Source: Massalongia carnosa (Eukaryota). From it: a stretch of 64,000 bases of DNA. The DNA is taken from assembly GCA_965645245.1 (NCBI GenBank), contig OZ287068.1, positions 868,001 through 932,000 of the forward strand, read 5' to 3'. The position numbers were made by a program, and so were the translations under genes. The first letter of the stretch is position 1. The number at the start of each line of letters is the position of its first letter. Positions 1 to 12,414 of this stretch are shown piece by piece. The notes under the pieces were generated by a model. That model was not told the DNA's origin, made no database searches, and saw only the letters and a list, made by a program, of their open reading frames with translations.

Positions 1-907
1 GCCGACGTGATGGGACGTACAATGAAGAGAACTCTTACAGCTGCCTTGAATTATCACAAATGTCTAGCCTGTGTCAAAGGGTGGCTGGCAATGGCATCAG
101 AAGAAAGAAGAGAAGAATTTGCTACAGTTATGTTAAATAAATATCCTCGGTCCGAAGACTGGCATCGCGTACGATTGATTCAGCGATGAGATTCATTTTG
201 GCTACGGGCCTGAAGGACAGTTACGAATCATTCGTAAGCCCGGAACAAGATATCGTTGGGATTGTATTCAGCATCGTGATGCACCACCTGAGAAAGATCG
301 TAAAAGAAAGCACTGCTGGGCAGCAGTTGTTTACAACTTCAAGTCGGATATCTACTTCTACGATGTGCCCAGCAATAGCAATGGAAAATGACTCATCAGG
401 TGTATATTGACGCTATTCTTGATCCCGTTGTCAAGCCCTGGTTGGAGCGTGGAGATGACTTCGTACTTGAAGAAGATGGAGACTCTGGTCATGGCACGGG
501 CAAGACACGAAACGCGGTCAAAAAAGTGGAAGTTAGATCACGATTTAGAGCACTATTTCAATTGTGCTTCATCTCCTGATCTAGCCTCCATTGAAAATTG
601 CTGGCAGCCCGCAAAGCAGCATGTTCGTAAATTTCCTCATTGGGACGATGCAAGTTTGGAGCAGCTGATTAGGGAGGGATGGGCTCGAGTCAGTCAGGAA
701 TTTATCAATGAAAGGGTGTTATCCATGCCCAAAAGATTGAAAGAGGTAAAAGATGCAAAGGGGGCGATGACTGGTTATTGATCTCATGTAATTTAGATGA
801 ATTTTATCAGCTATGCAGATGATGGTTGATGATGAGATGAAAATTTGAATAAAAAAGGGGGGGTAAATTCGCTTACACGTTGCAATTTATTTTGTCACCC
901 GCGTGCC
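1..907 (+). mobile_element. 3' part of a degenerate Tc1/IS630-like DNA transposon (approx. DD38E), truncated by the window start
   Basis: Joined frames read WHRVR(FS)DE...HCWAAV...LEEDGDSGH...SSPDLASIENCW, stop at 781. Frameshifts at a GATT duplication (~173-180) and an A run (~520). Right end TTTTGTCACCCGCGTGCC|TA at ~890-909 matches the MITE termini at 58.9-59.2 kb. Confidence 0.85.
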
Positions 908-1410
908 TACCTGCCAACAATATACTATACTACTCTACTCCACTCTACTCTATACTGAATGATTTCAAAGCAATGTGAGGGGGGAAGGGGGAAGTGATGA
1001 AGGTGCCGGGGTGGATTACCTAGCCAGCCAGCTCAATCTCTTCTCCTCTCGATATACGATACGCTCTGAGAATGTGGGGTTTTTTCTTTATTGGATTGGT
1101 AGATACTTCTGGGCTTGACGCGCTAGGGATAGGGGCTTAGATGAACGCAAGGGCTCGAGTCGAGGGAACGTGTCTATCTCTATCTCTGTATGGACTATGA
1201 TGTGTCTGTATGGGGGAGGACTTCGATGCACGAAGTTTTGGGGAGGGGGGTCGTAGGTAAACAAGGAATGGAAGAGGTTGAAAAACTACAAGGGGGTATT
1301 TCCTAGGGAAAAGAAGAGAAAAAGGAATTCGAAAATCGCAACGCAATGCATGCATGCAAGCACGCTCGCTTAACCGGCCAGCTTCCGCTCGCAGCGCAAT
1401 TCGCGCTGCT

Positions 1411-4400
1411 TTATTCACTTCCACCCTCCTCCCCGCCACCCACTCCCTCTCCATCTCCCCCTACCTCGCCAGCCCCCACAACTCCACCAACACCCCCGCC
1501 TAAACCCTCAGCGCTAAACCCTCGCCTAACCCATCCGTTCCGCTCCCCCCGGCCTTCGCTACCTTTCTCCTTGACGAACTCCATGGTGGGGAAGTAGTGC
1601 TCATTTTTCTTCATGGTAGCAACCCACGGGACGTTGTCAAAGGTGACGACGCGTAGGCGGAAGTAGGTGTTATCTGGGATCTTGGTGACCTGAGCAAGGA
1701 AGTCGGAGAGCGTTGGGGTCGGCACGTCGTTGACGGCTGTAAGGAAGTTGGTGGGTGCGAGACCGTACTGATAAGAGGGGGAACCGCGTGTCTATGGAGA
1801 GTTGAGGAAGTTAGCTGGTTTCCAGGAGAGGTGCAAAAGTAAAAAGAGAAGAAGTAAAATTGAACGCAGAACGTCAAAACTCACCCTGGCGGAAACGTAT
1901 ACTTCGCTATGCAGCTTACTGATCTGCTGGCGCACGGCATGATGGGGCCGATGTAAAACCGCGCCGCAAAAGATGACCGCACGATCGGTTTCCAAATCCT
2001 CGGTGGGAATCGTAGGGACTTTGAGCGTAAGTTCCTTGCCGCCACGCACGACGAGCGCGTCTAGATATTCGTGGTCGTACATCACATCTAGTTCCGAGAC
2101 ACGCGTGATCAACTTCCCGTTGAGTGTGAGAATGATATCTCCTTCCTGCAAAGACTGGGAATCATAACCATTGGGAGGTGCGCAGTCGATTTTTCGGACC
2201 ATGAAGAGTTCATGCCGCGAAGGGTTGGACTGAGCGACTTTGGAAATCCAAGCTTCCGAGACACCCATGATGCGCACTTGGCTCATTAGGATGGTGTTGG
2301 TTTCCACGTTCAAGATGCGCAGCCGAGGGATGATGTCTTTCTGTATCTGATCTAAAACAGGGGCCAGGGTTGGAGTTGCTAGACCCAAATGGTATTCAAT
2401 GTCTTTGCTGGCATGAGATGAGCGCTCTCCAAGGTAGGTGAGCCAGAGAGCTTCGACTGTGCCATCCTCCGATACAAGTACGCCGCTACCGCACTGCCCG
2501 CTTAGGCCGGTGTCAACCGTGATGGCGTCTAAGTTAATAGCTCTGTATCTAGGGGCTGACCCGTTCGATGGGATTGCCACGGTGGTGATGTCTGTCACCG
2601 TGGTTGGGGTGAGGACAGCTCTGAAATTCTGATTGAAGCCTAAGAATATGGTCGAGGCACCTTGTTTGATGGGTTCTGTTGCTAATTTGGCACTCTTCAC
2701 CGGTGCATCGACCAATAAGGGATCATATTGGATGATGGCGTAGTTCGCCAGAGGGTGCACGAAGCGCACTCTGGCATCGATGATGATTGAATCGGCTACG
2801 GTGATTGACAGATCACATAAATCATATGGTACAATGGCCCTTGACACCACCACCAGGCCTTTCTCGGCGTTGATGACAAGCCCAAACCCAATTTTCCGGG
2901 CTCGCGGAAAACCATCCAGCTTCAGAGGCATTGTACACGAGACTCGAACAAAACTCCGGATGACGTCTGCTGCTGCAGGCTGGCCATTGGTGTCAAGCTG
3001 GACAAAATCCGCTTTGCATCGAACCGGGGCCGCAGCAGGCAAAGGGTCTCCGAGATCTGTGAAGTCCCATAGCCCAGTTGTATCGTTCCGAATCGCCATC
3101 CTCATTGCGCTGTTCCAATGCCGATCCACAAAAACAATGCTTGTGTTGAGGGTGTGAAGATCTCGAAGGTGCTTATAAGTTATCACTATCCTGGCCCGAT
3201 CCGGAATCGTCTTCACGACATTGATGAACGTATCCAGGTCCGGAGTCTTTCTCTGATCAACGGACTCAATCAGCCATCCCGATTCCGTGTTCTCAAACCT
3301 AAACGAGCCTGCGGCCTCGCAAACAAAGACTCCTTTGACCGGGACAGCGTATAGCCGAGCTTGTTGATATGAGAGGTTGTGGAAAGAACCCCCAGCGACA
3401 GTGACAAATCGATCAGGGGTGATTTTATGAAGATCGCCAACATCCATTTCCACCTCGACATCTTTGCCTCCTCTCTGCACCATGATCGATATCTTTTGGT
3501 GGACGCTGGCATCCAAGATCGAATCGAGTCGTACGAACTGGGTGAGAAACTGACCATTGACTTTGATGAGAACATCGCCTTCTTCCAGTTTGTGGTCTGC
3601 AGGCCCTTCAGGAAGTACAATCTCTGCAACGAGCATCCCAGTCTCTTTTGGGAAATTATGTCTGATTGTAGCTTCGCACTCCGGGGTCAAGCCCAACCTT
3701 CGACATTCGTCAAAAGGCTTAATCATCCACTGAGTCTGTATTGTTCCTCGAGCTATAGGCTTTCCCTCCCGTATACATTCTAGAGCTCGTAATGGGCGAT
3801 CTAATGGGAGAAAGTAGTCTGTTGCAGCCCCGTCGGCTCTTCCCCCAGCCTGTAGAGCCACGGCATATCCATCAATGTTGACCACCGGGCTACCGGAGCT
3901 TCCTCCGCTCGCAGCAGCAGCAGCTTGGATATAATTCGTGTTAAAGTCGCTGTATCCTTCACCATACTCTGGAGCATTTCTATCGAGCCTGCTGATCACG
4001 CCAGATAATATGCTGAGTTTCTCGCCTGCATCATTGCCAACCACTCGAATCTCTGAGCCAACTTTTGCAAGATCAGGTCGAAGCTTCAGCTCGGTAAGGG
4101 GCATATATTTAATAGCCTTAGGGTCAAAGCGGAGGATGCCAAAATCGTGGACAGGGTCCCGGTAAACAGGATAGACATCACACTGTACATTTGTATTCAG
4201 TAATGTAAATCTCCAGCCAAATTTAATCTACGACATACCTCTTCATGATTATCGAAGATACAATAACCCCAAAACGGCCCAGCACCAACCACGTGTCGAT
4301 TCGTCAAGATGTAACCTCGCTCTGCGTCGACGACAAAGCCCGTTGCCTCACTAGATACAGCTGGATCTGTGTCAAAAGAACAGGTCTGGCAGAAATGTAT

Positions 4401-4892
4401 AGAGACAACATTCCGGACAACCTTCTCTATCGTTGCCTGCCACTCCACCGAATCTGCGATTGCAGGAGCAAGGGCGGGAAGTCGGCTGTCATCGCTCTCG
4501 CTCTCCATGTCAAAGTCCTCGTCGTGAGATATGTCACCGTTCTCTCGTCGAATAAGCAAGTCTGTTTTGTGGACCTTTGCCGGACGATCTTGGAGGCTGA
4601 CGGGGCTGTTCTTACGTTTGTGTTGAGCTTCGCCATTAGGCTGCGTTTTATGCAGCTCCATTTTATGTGTCTTACTCGCTCTTGAAGTGAACAGCTGGCG
4701 GGAGAAATGTGACAGAGTTTGAGACTGCGATATTCCTAGGAGACGGCCGTTTGGTGAAGTAGCTGCATGGACCGAAGGCGGACACCTCGAGATTTTCAGC
4801 CTTGTTTCTGTGATTGAGCAAGTTGTGACTGTGCGTCGAATAGCCCTCGAGGTGACGCCGGCGCTGACACTGAGAAACCGGGCGACATGCAT
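1411..4892 (-). CDS. NMA111: Nma111/Ynm3 HtrA-family serine protease with PDZ domains, 3 exons
   Basis: Catalytic motifs [21 protein letters not shown]. Introns 4238-4183 and 1884-1792. Alternative start MELHK at 4661. Confidence 0.93.
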
Positions 4893-5242
4893 TCAATCAC
4901 AGAAAATAACTGATTGCGACTCCCCGTACCCATGATTTCTGTCGGTCGTTTACTTCATCGAAATACGAAAATTATCTCATTAAAAGCAGCGGCATCAATG
5001 CTTATGTCACCGCCCCTGCCAAGCCATGGTGATACGGCTAGCTAGGTATTTCATCAATACAGATGATGCTTCAAAGCCTCTTCATTGCCTCTGATTAGTC
5101 ATAGACTACTCAAACTTGGAGGAAACAAAATAAAAGATGATAATTTTCATTCCCAATCCCGTTCCTATACCCCTGAACCCCTTTCCCTAAATATACCAAA
5201 AAGCCGCGGATGCCAGAAAAACGGACAAAAATAAGAGCATGG

Positions 5243-8200
5243 TCACAACCCAAAGAACCAGCCCCCTTCCTGCCGTAATCTCTCTCGTCCTACTATATCG
5301 CGCCGGATCTCCTCTTCCGTTAACCGATCCGATCCATTCCAATTCGCGCTGCTCGTCCTGCTTCTAAACCTGTCTCGTCTCTCTTTGAACATCTCTTCCA
5401 TGTGCGGGCTGCCAGGAGGCCCAAAAATGTCGTCAGCGTTGGCATTCCTTTCTTGTTCCTCTAGTATCTGACGGAGCTGTGGGCTCTGCGCCCAGTCGGC
5501 TAACATGGCGCCTTTTGCTTTTTCATCTTCAGACTCTTCTTCGTCGGTGTCGGTCGGGATGTCCTCGAGTTCAATGTTTTCGCCATTAGTGTACTGAGGA
5601 GAAGACTTGGTAGGAGCTGGTGCTGCTTGCTTAGGGCGGAGGGGAGATTTAGACGGAGGGTTCGGAGCGCCTGCAAAAGGGATCTTTCCATTGGTGTACT
5701 TAGCCATTTCAAAGAACGGCCCCTGGCGATTTGTTTGTTTCGGGTTTTGTTGTTGTTGATATGTCTGGTTAAGCGTAGATGATTTGACCATTGAAGAATT
5801 GTGAAAAGCAATGGAAGATTGTTGGGCGCCAACATAATTATTGCCAAAAAGTGACTGCTTTGGCGCGTCCTAGGACTATCAGATATAGACTTGCATCGAG
5901 TGATGAAACTGCTTACCTTGCGGATATTGGACTGCCGTATAGGAGGCCTTACCATAAGATCCTGTACCTCTTCATCCTCGGTTCGTCGTCTTTTCTTGTC
6001 CAACTGGTGGTAGGATGGTCCACCTGCCATGCGGACGGGCCGAACAGGCTCATCAGCAACTTCTAGCTCAAACACCCTCTTCGCCGGCGGTCTAGCGGGG
6101 TTACAAAGGGGCTGATTGGGAGGTCTGTTGTAATCTTGCACCGTACGTTGTTTTGAAGGAGGTCTCGCTCCTCCAAGCTCATGTCGGTTTGCAGTCGAAA
6201 ACTGCTGAGGATTATCTTGTTGAGCAGCCTGTCGCTGCTGCTCCTTCTTCCCAATATCGAGTCTTCGCTTCTCGATAGCTTGCCTTTGTGCAATTTTCTT
6301 TGGATCTTCACGGATCGTAGAACGTTCTCTTTCTCGTTGGAGTTCTGCTTCCTGGCGCTGCGCCTGTTCATGTCGTCGGAGCTCTTCTTGTTGCACGGCT
6401 CGTTTACGTTCATTTTCGCGTTTCTGCTCGAGCTTGCGCTGCGTTTCTCTCTCGTCCTTTGACAAAATGAGTAAATACGCAAGAAAATACCGCATTAAAG
6501 GTACCTACCTGCTCCTTCTTACGCTCCGCTGCTAGAAGCGCTCTCGGCTTCGGGGCACTCGAAGTCACTGAGCTCTTTAGACTAGAATTAGAGCCAGAAG
6601 CTTGTAGAGAAGCGTTACTGGCTTTTTTGCTTAACCCTGGCTGAGGTGGCGCGAGTGATTCCTGTAGGCTTGACGAGAGCGCCGCATTGGTCAAAGGGAT
6701 ACGCCGAGACAGAGTTCCAACCCTGATCGCCACTTGCTGCGGTTTGGCCTTGGGAATAGCGTCCTTAGCTGGTCTAATAGGCCTTCGTAGGTCTTTTGGT
6801 TTCTGTAGCTGCGATACTTGAGAATGATTTGGGGGAGGTGCCATTGTATTATTTGTCAAGCTGTCCTGAACAACGATGTCTTGATTCCCAGTAAAATCTA
6901 CAGTTTTCTTCATCTCCTGCAGGTTCTGCAATCGTCTAGGGCTCTTTCTTGTTTGTTTAGGCGGCTGTTCACCGTTTAAAGAAATGTCCTGCTCCGCTTC
7001 GCCGTCGTTGTTGACGTTTGCTATTGTGGATTTTTGAGGTTCCTGTCTCTGGGCTGCTGCTTTGCGGCTTTCCAACTCTCTCACCCGTTGAAGCTCTGAA
7101 TCAAGCCGCTGTTGATCCTTTGATTCCAGTTCCTTCCTCTTCTCCTCTTTCTCCGTCGAACTTCTGGTTTTTCGTCCCTCCGCCATCTTGAAGGAGCTCT
7201 TGGTATGAAGCTCGACTGTTACTTCTTGTACTTGCTTGTCAAGTTGAACTGCTGATTGAGCTACTGAAGATGCTTCAATATCTGCTGTTATTACTTTGAG
7301 CTTGCTTTTTAGCTTATCGCCGCTTGCAGGTCCTTGGGCTTGACCACGTGTTCGCATCGAGTGAGGGGACATGGTCTCCATTTTTGCTTGTGCCGACACT
7401 CCGGCACTGCTAGTGAATAAGCCTCTTGCGGTCTTCATAATCGACTGTAACTTGGTTTTCGACGCGCTTAAAGGTCCATCAACGTACCGTCTGGAGGCTG
7501 GGGTACCAAGGGGCGTGGTAGAAATCTGAGGGCCACCGTCGTTCCCTGTTATAAATCCAATGGGATGACCAGGTTTCCCAAATACTTCTATTTGATCTTT
7601 TTCCGTACTCTTCAATGGTGATGCATTTGCTGCAAATGGGGCAGGTCTTGAGTGAGCCTGCCTTCTGTTTGCAGAGTTGGGAAGTTCGGATTGTAGCAGT
7701 TCCCCAGCAGCATCTCTATCATGATAACCAATCTCGCGATCCTGATCGTTTGTTTCCTCTTTTCCTTTGATATTATCAACAAAGGTTGTTGAGATAGCTT
7801 TTGGTAACTGCGATTGCTTCATGTCTTTTGGCTCTATTTCAGGTGGCTGTATCCAGTCGTCATCATCATCCTCATTCTGAGATTGGTTAGTATCGGTAGC
7901 TTTCATTCTATTTTGCTCGGAATTTGGAGGTTGCGAGTCAGGCAGTGGCAGATCGGGGTACAAAGGAAGTGTAACGGCTGCAGCTACCGAGGTAGATTTG
8001 GTTGGTCGCGCTGGCTGCGACTTCCCTAACATATTGATTTTGTCATGCAGGCGTTGGGTGGACGATTTGTTATGAAGTCTGGCCATTTTTATATCACCGT
8101 CAGGCTCTTCGTAAGGCAAAACCCCCTTTCCTGCTTGGTCTGTATCGATAGCATCATCAGATCCCTTGGTGATCGGATCCGCTTGCCGCATCCCCCCCAA

Positions 8201-9333
8201 AGATTTACCGCCCGTATATCGGCCCAGAAAACTACCTCGGCTCATAGTAGCCCTAGACTGATCTAAGTGTGCAGTCCCTGAGAGTCGGGATCCTATGCTT
8301 TTCTTCATTGCGAGTGGTTCTCTTGCTGGCAACGCCGCAAACGTAAGGCTACTTTTGCGAATCAGAGGTTTTGCTGGGCTGGATCCTGGCGATGCGGAAT
8401 CCAAAGCATCAATACTATTATTTTCCTCCAAGTCAGTCTCAATACCTATCCCACCCAAGTCCATAGCATCTTCTAAGATGACCTCAACAGTTGATGATAT
8501 ATTCGGAGAAAAGGGACCTGGAATGGCTTGTAATGGAATCTGAGGCTCTGGGTCCGAGTTGATGCCGGTGTCCATGAATAAGTTGGCGATTTCTTTGTCG
8601 GGTACGGTTTTAGTTAAATCCTCTTTTGCTGAGTGAAACGAGCCTTCTGTGGTTCTTTTGTTCTCCCCAAAGCTTTTTGGATCTTTCTGAGGCTGAGTGG
8701 GAGACTTCTCAGGATCTTGATCATTCAGTGCTTCTTCTGCAATAAATATCGGTAAAGCAATAACAGCAACATGATCAACCTCCACATCATCCTCCGACAT
8801 TCCATGATAGCCCGAGTCCGTATTCTGTTTGCTTAGCTGATCAACTGAAGCTGGGGGCGATGGATCTTCTGCAACATGGAAACTCGTCATCTCTCTGGGC
8901 AGGTTATGTGCGGGTGAGTGATTGATGTTCAATGAAGCCTTCGTTGAAAAGATATTGGTCAACGGCTAGCTCTAGGATTAGCAATGCTATGATCATTTGT
9001 TGTTTATACTCACTTGGCGAATGTCAAGAGGGTTTCGCTTCCGGTTGGTCCTTGGGGTCTTTCCACGAAGTTTTCCAGGCGTCTTGAAGATTTCGCAGAC
9101 GTTCCTAGATCCTATTAGCTTATTCGACTACCGCCACTTTGAGAACAAAGAGCATACACTTGGTTTTTGCTGAAGATTTCAGCCATATGCTCATTAAGCC
9201 ACTCAATCTCATTTCGAGCGGAAAAGGCAAAGTCTTCGGCTTCTTGAACGCCGAATTGAGAGATCTGTCGGTTCTCATCTTGAATCCATTGGGCAGACCC
9301 GACAGGCACTTGCGCTTTGGTACGTAAAGGCAT
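5243..9333 (-). CDS. Inner centromere protein (INCENP/Sli15/Pic1), multi-exon
   Basis: N-terminal FSARNEIEWLNEHMAEIF and KTPGKLRGKTPRT, charged coiled coil, C-terminal IN-box WAQSPQL..IFG..RTSSANW. Introns include 9157-9105 and 9014-8967. Confidence 0.9.
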
Positions 9334-10326
9334 GACTGAGGTTATGGCGAAGCAGATGCTGTCGTGAGGATTGTAGATTACTTCATGAGCGTATGTATAG
9401 CCGGCTGCGAAGTGGTTATATCGCTTCGCGCCTCTGTACTGGCGTTGAAGAGGAGGTGATTAGAATCGATATTCGTTGCTAGAAGAGCTGGTTTGTTTTG
9501 ATTTTGAAGGTTCGCGTTTACACGCCATAGGGCTGACTAGCGCCATAGAGCTAACCACCACTTCGCTAAATCATCGATGCTTGAAATGCAAGAAGACTTT
9601 GTGATACATATCTAGCGAATCTACTTCCAGTGCCGCGTGTAGTTGTTGTATTTGGTAGTAAACAGATGTGTGATTGAGAGTCAAACAAGCAGGACGAACC
9701 ATATAATATGACATCTACTTAACTGTTGATACAGGTTTGTCCTTTTTCATGTCATTTGGCAGGCATTTTTATCCGCTTATCAGAGAAGTAGCAGGAAAAG
9801 GAGGCTTTGCTACCAACCCAACTACATGTATTTGTCTCAGACTCCTCTCTATTAGGTACTCCTTTCTCTCCGATGTATTCCTTGAATAGACATATACCCC
9901 TGACACCACGCCGAAAACGAAGCTTTAAAGCTTCACAGCTCCATTCTGACGACGGGAAACTCGCCGTTGATTCTTCTTAATCAAGGGCAGGAAAATCCTT
10001 GCCTAGTTTCTCTGACGCAAGAGGCGATCCCTCCTTTTCAGCGAGAGCGAAGCCCAAACACCTATCTCATATGCGAGTAAAAAAGATCAGTTCGGCCTCG
10101 AGGACCAGCTGATAATCTAGCGATTCGCGCCAGACGACAAGTCAACTAGATAGTAGTGACCACCGAGGATGAGTAGATTCTAAAAGATGAGGCCAGCCAG
10201 TCAGCGTGGTTCCGCTGCCGAGCAAAGCTGATAAAGTTGAGGTCAGGAATGAGCCAGTTAAAGTATAAGATGACGAGAAAATAGGTATTGCTAGCTGGGT
10301 TGATTAGAAATCCGAAGGTAGGTATA

Positions 10327-12346
10327 CAGTCAGATCGGGTTATAAGAAACTCCAAAATCGTAGCACCTAGGTTTCTTATTAAGCGAGGTTTCTAATATCA
10401 AAATTCTTGGCATATTTTCAAGACTATACCTATCGACTACCTAATGGCAAAGAAATCCGTCATTACAACTTGCCTAGAGCTAATCGCCATTGAGGTCTTG
10501 ATATCCCACTCTTTACGATTCAGACGACGTATCAAATCATCGTCACCGACCTCTCGTTGCTCCTCATATAACCGTAACGTTTCAAGAGCTCGTAGAGCGT
10601 CCTTGTTTTGAACACGTGATACAATGACCTCCTCCTCCTCCGTCTCGTATTCTCTTTCATGGCCATCATATATAGCAACGATGTGATCCTCCAAATCCTC
10701 TTCGGTATCCTCTACCACCTCTTCAACAGGGTTCAGAAATTCGTCAATACGCATGACGCTTTGTATATGATCACGGTCTTTCAAACGCCGTATTGTAGCT
10801 TGTATCTGTAGTCGTTGCTCCGTTTCTTGCTCTTGCGTCCGAGTCTCATTGAGATAGTCATATTTCTCTGCCTCTTCTCGAGTCATTGGCCCATGTTTTG
10901 TCCCGATTACACGAGATTTCAGTCAACAATTAGAGATAGTTAACTGAGTAACACCGTAATTCCAGGCGGCTACGCATCAACGTATTGCCATCAGTACGTT
11001 GATGGTTTTTAACGGCTCCCTATCTGCGTCGTATTCGGAGGTCATGTATTCTAGTCAGCGTTGTCTGTAATGAGCCTTGAAAGCGCCTATAATACCCTGA
11101 TCAGGCGGCTGGCATAAGCTGATAGCATTGACTGACAGAAATATAACGCTAACATGGGATAAACCACCTTCAGCAACTATGATATCCCAGCCGCTTTTGC
11201 TGAGCTGAAAAATTGTCAATTAACAATACAACCTTACGACTTACGTTGCCATTAAATCAGCGTAAATACTCCCGAAATATATCGCCCGACATCCAAGCTC
11301 TACTGTTACTGCGCCATATCATATGCAGGTTACAAGCGTGAACACCCTGTGAACCAAAAGCACGCGGATTTTTGACCGTCCCAATGAACCATATGAGAAG
11401 CTTGTAAGTTCCAGTAGCATTGCAACAGAAATTTGCAGTAATTCTCGCTTTTTCCACCTTGCCGCCTGGGAGCTGTTCCGTAGCCAATGTAGTACTGAGT
11501 GTAGCCTTTCAAAATAACGCAGTTTCATCCATGTTGTAGATATCTTCCTGCTCGTATGATAATAGCTGTACCCGTATTACTTCTAACTCTTCTTCAACCT
11601 CCACACGCTTGACGGAATCGAGCTCGCCGTGTTGTTTATGTTTTGTAATCTTGTATCTTCTTTTGAAAGAATTCAGCCATCCAATAGAGAACCTGAAAGA
11701 GGATTGATTACGGTACAGAGGCAATCGTTTCCAAAATTTCAAGGCCATTTCTCTTAACAAATCGCCCGACAAAGGCGCTCTTTTGCGTTGCATGCGCTGT
11801 TGCCACTCAAATAAAGCCGTTTCTAATTCAGACCAATGTGCAGTTCGAATTTTCTTCAGATTCGGGCGTAGCAATGCGTGAGATGTATCCAGATGAGCCC
11901 ATTTATGTGAGAGGATTTTGGAAACTTGTCCTTTGTCAATTTTATGACGGTAAAGATTGTCAAACCAAACGACCAGTTTTTCGTATTTCTTGTCATCTCC
12001 AGATACAGCAGGATCTTGGTAACGCTGTCGTAATGCTCGTCGTTGGTCATCGATAAAGGCGTCACGCTTTTTTCTGCTTCTCTCTCTGGGAGAAAGCGGG
12101 GATGTAGAACGTTTTCGACGATTTCGAGATAGAGTCTCCGGATTTTGACTATTATATCTCAAAGAAGTCGAAGGTTAAGTCATATTTACTACAAGAAACC
12201 ACCGCAAAATTTTTAGAGAAAGTTAAGAAACTTTCTAATAGAGCGAGGTTTCTTATCCCTCACCAGAAAAAAACCGGTCTTTTCGTCCGAGTTTCTTACT
12301 AGCCGAGGTTTCTTAATCAGCAGTTTCTTATAACCCGATCTAACTG
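10327..12346 (-). mobile_element. pogo/Tigger-like (CENP-B HTH + DDE_1) transposon with inactivated transposase (12162-10437)
   Basis: 25-bp TIR CAGT(C/T)AGATCGGGTTATAAGAAACT flanked by TA on both sides; repeated subterminal GTTTCTTA motifs; YNMDET, LIDNFSA, QPPDQGII motifs; five in-frame TGA stops and one frameshift near 11200. Confidence 0.92.
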
Positions 12347-12414
12347 TATTACTAAAGGTGCAGAAGGAAAGCGAGGAGGACATCCGGGGGAGAGAATAAT
12401 GGGTTGAGACGTAT

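Noticed and set aside
10437..12162. TGA-for-Trp as an alternative genetic code or RNA-editing rescue of the pogo transposase
   Set aside because: A real frameshift near 11200 and parallel CC>TC missense changes point to mutational decay; many other Trp codons remain TGG.
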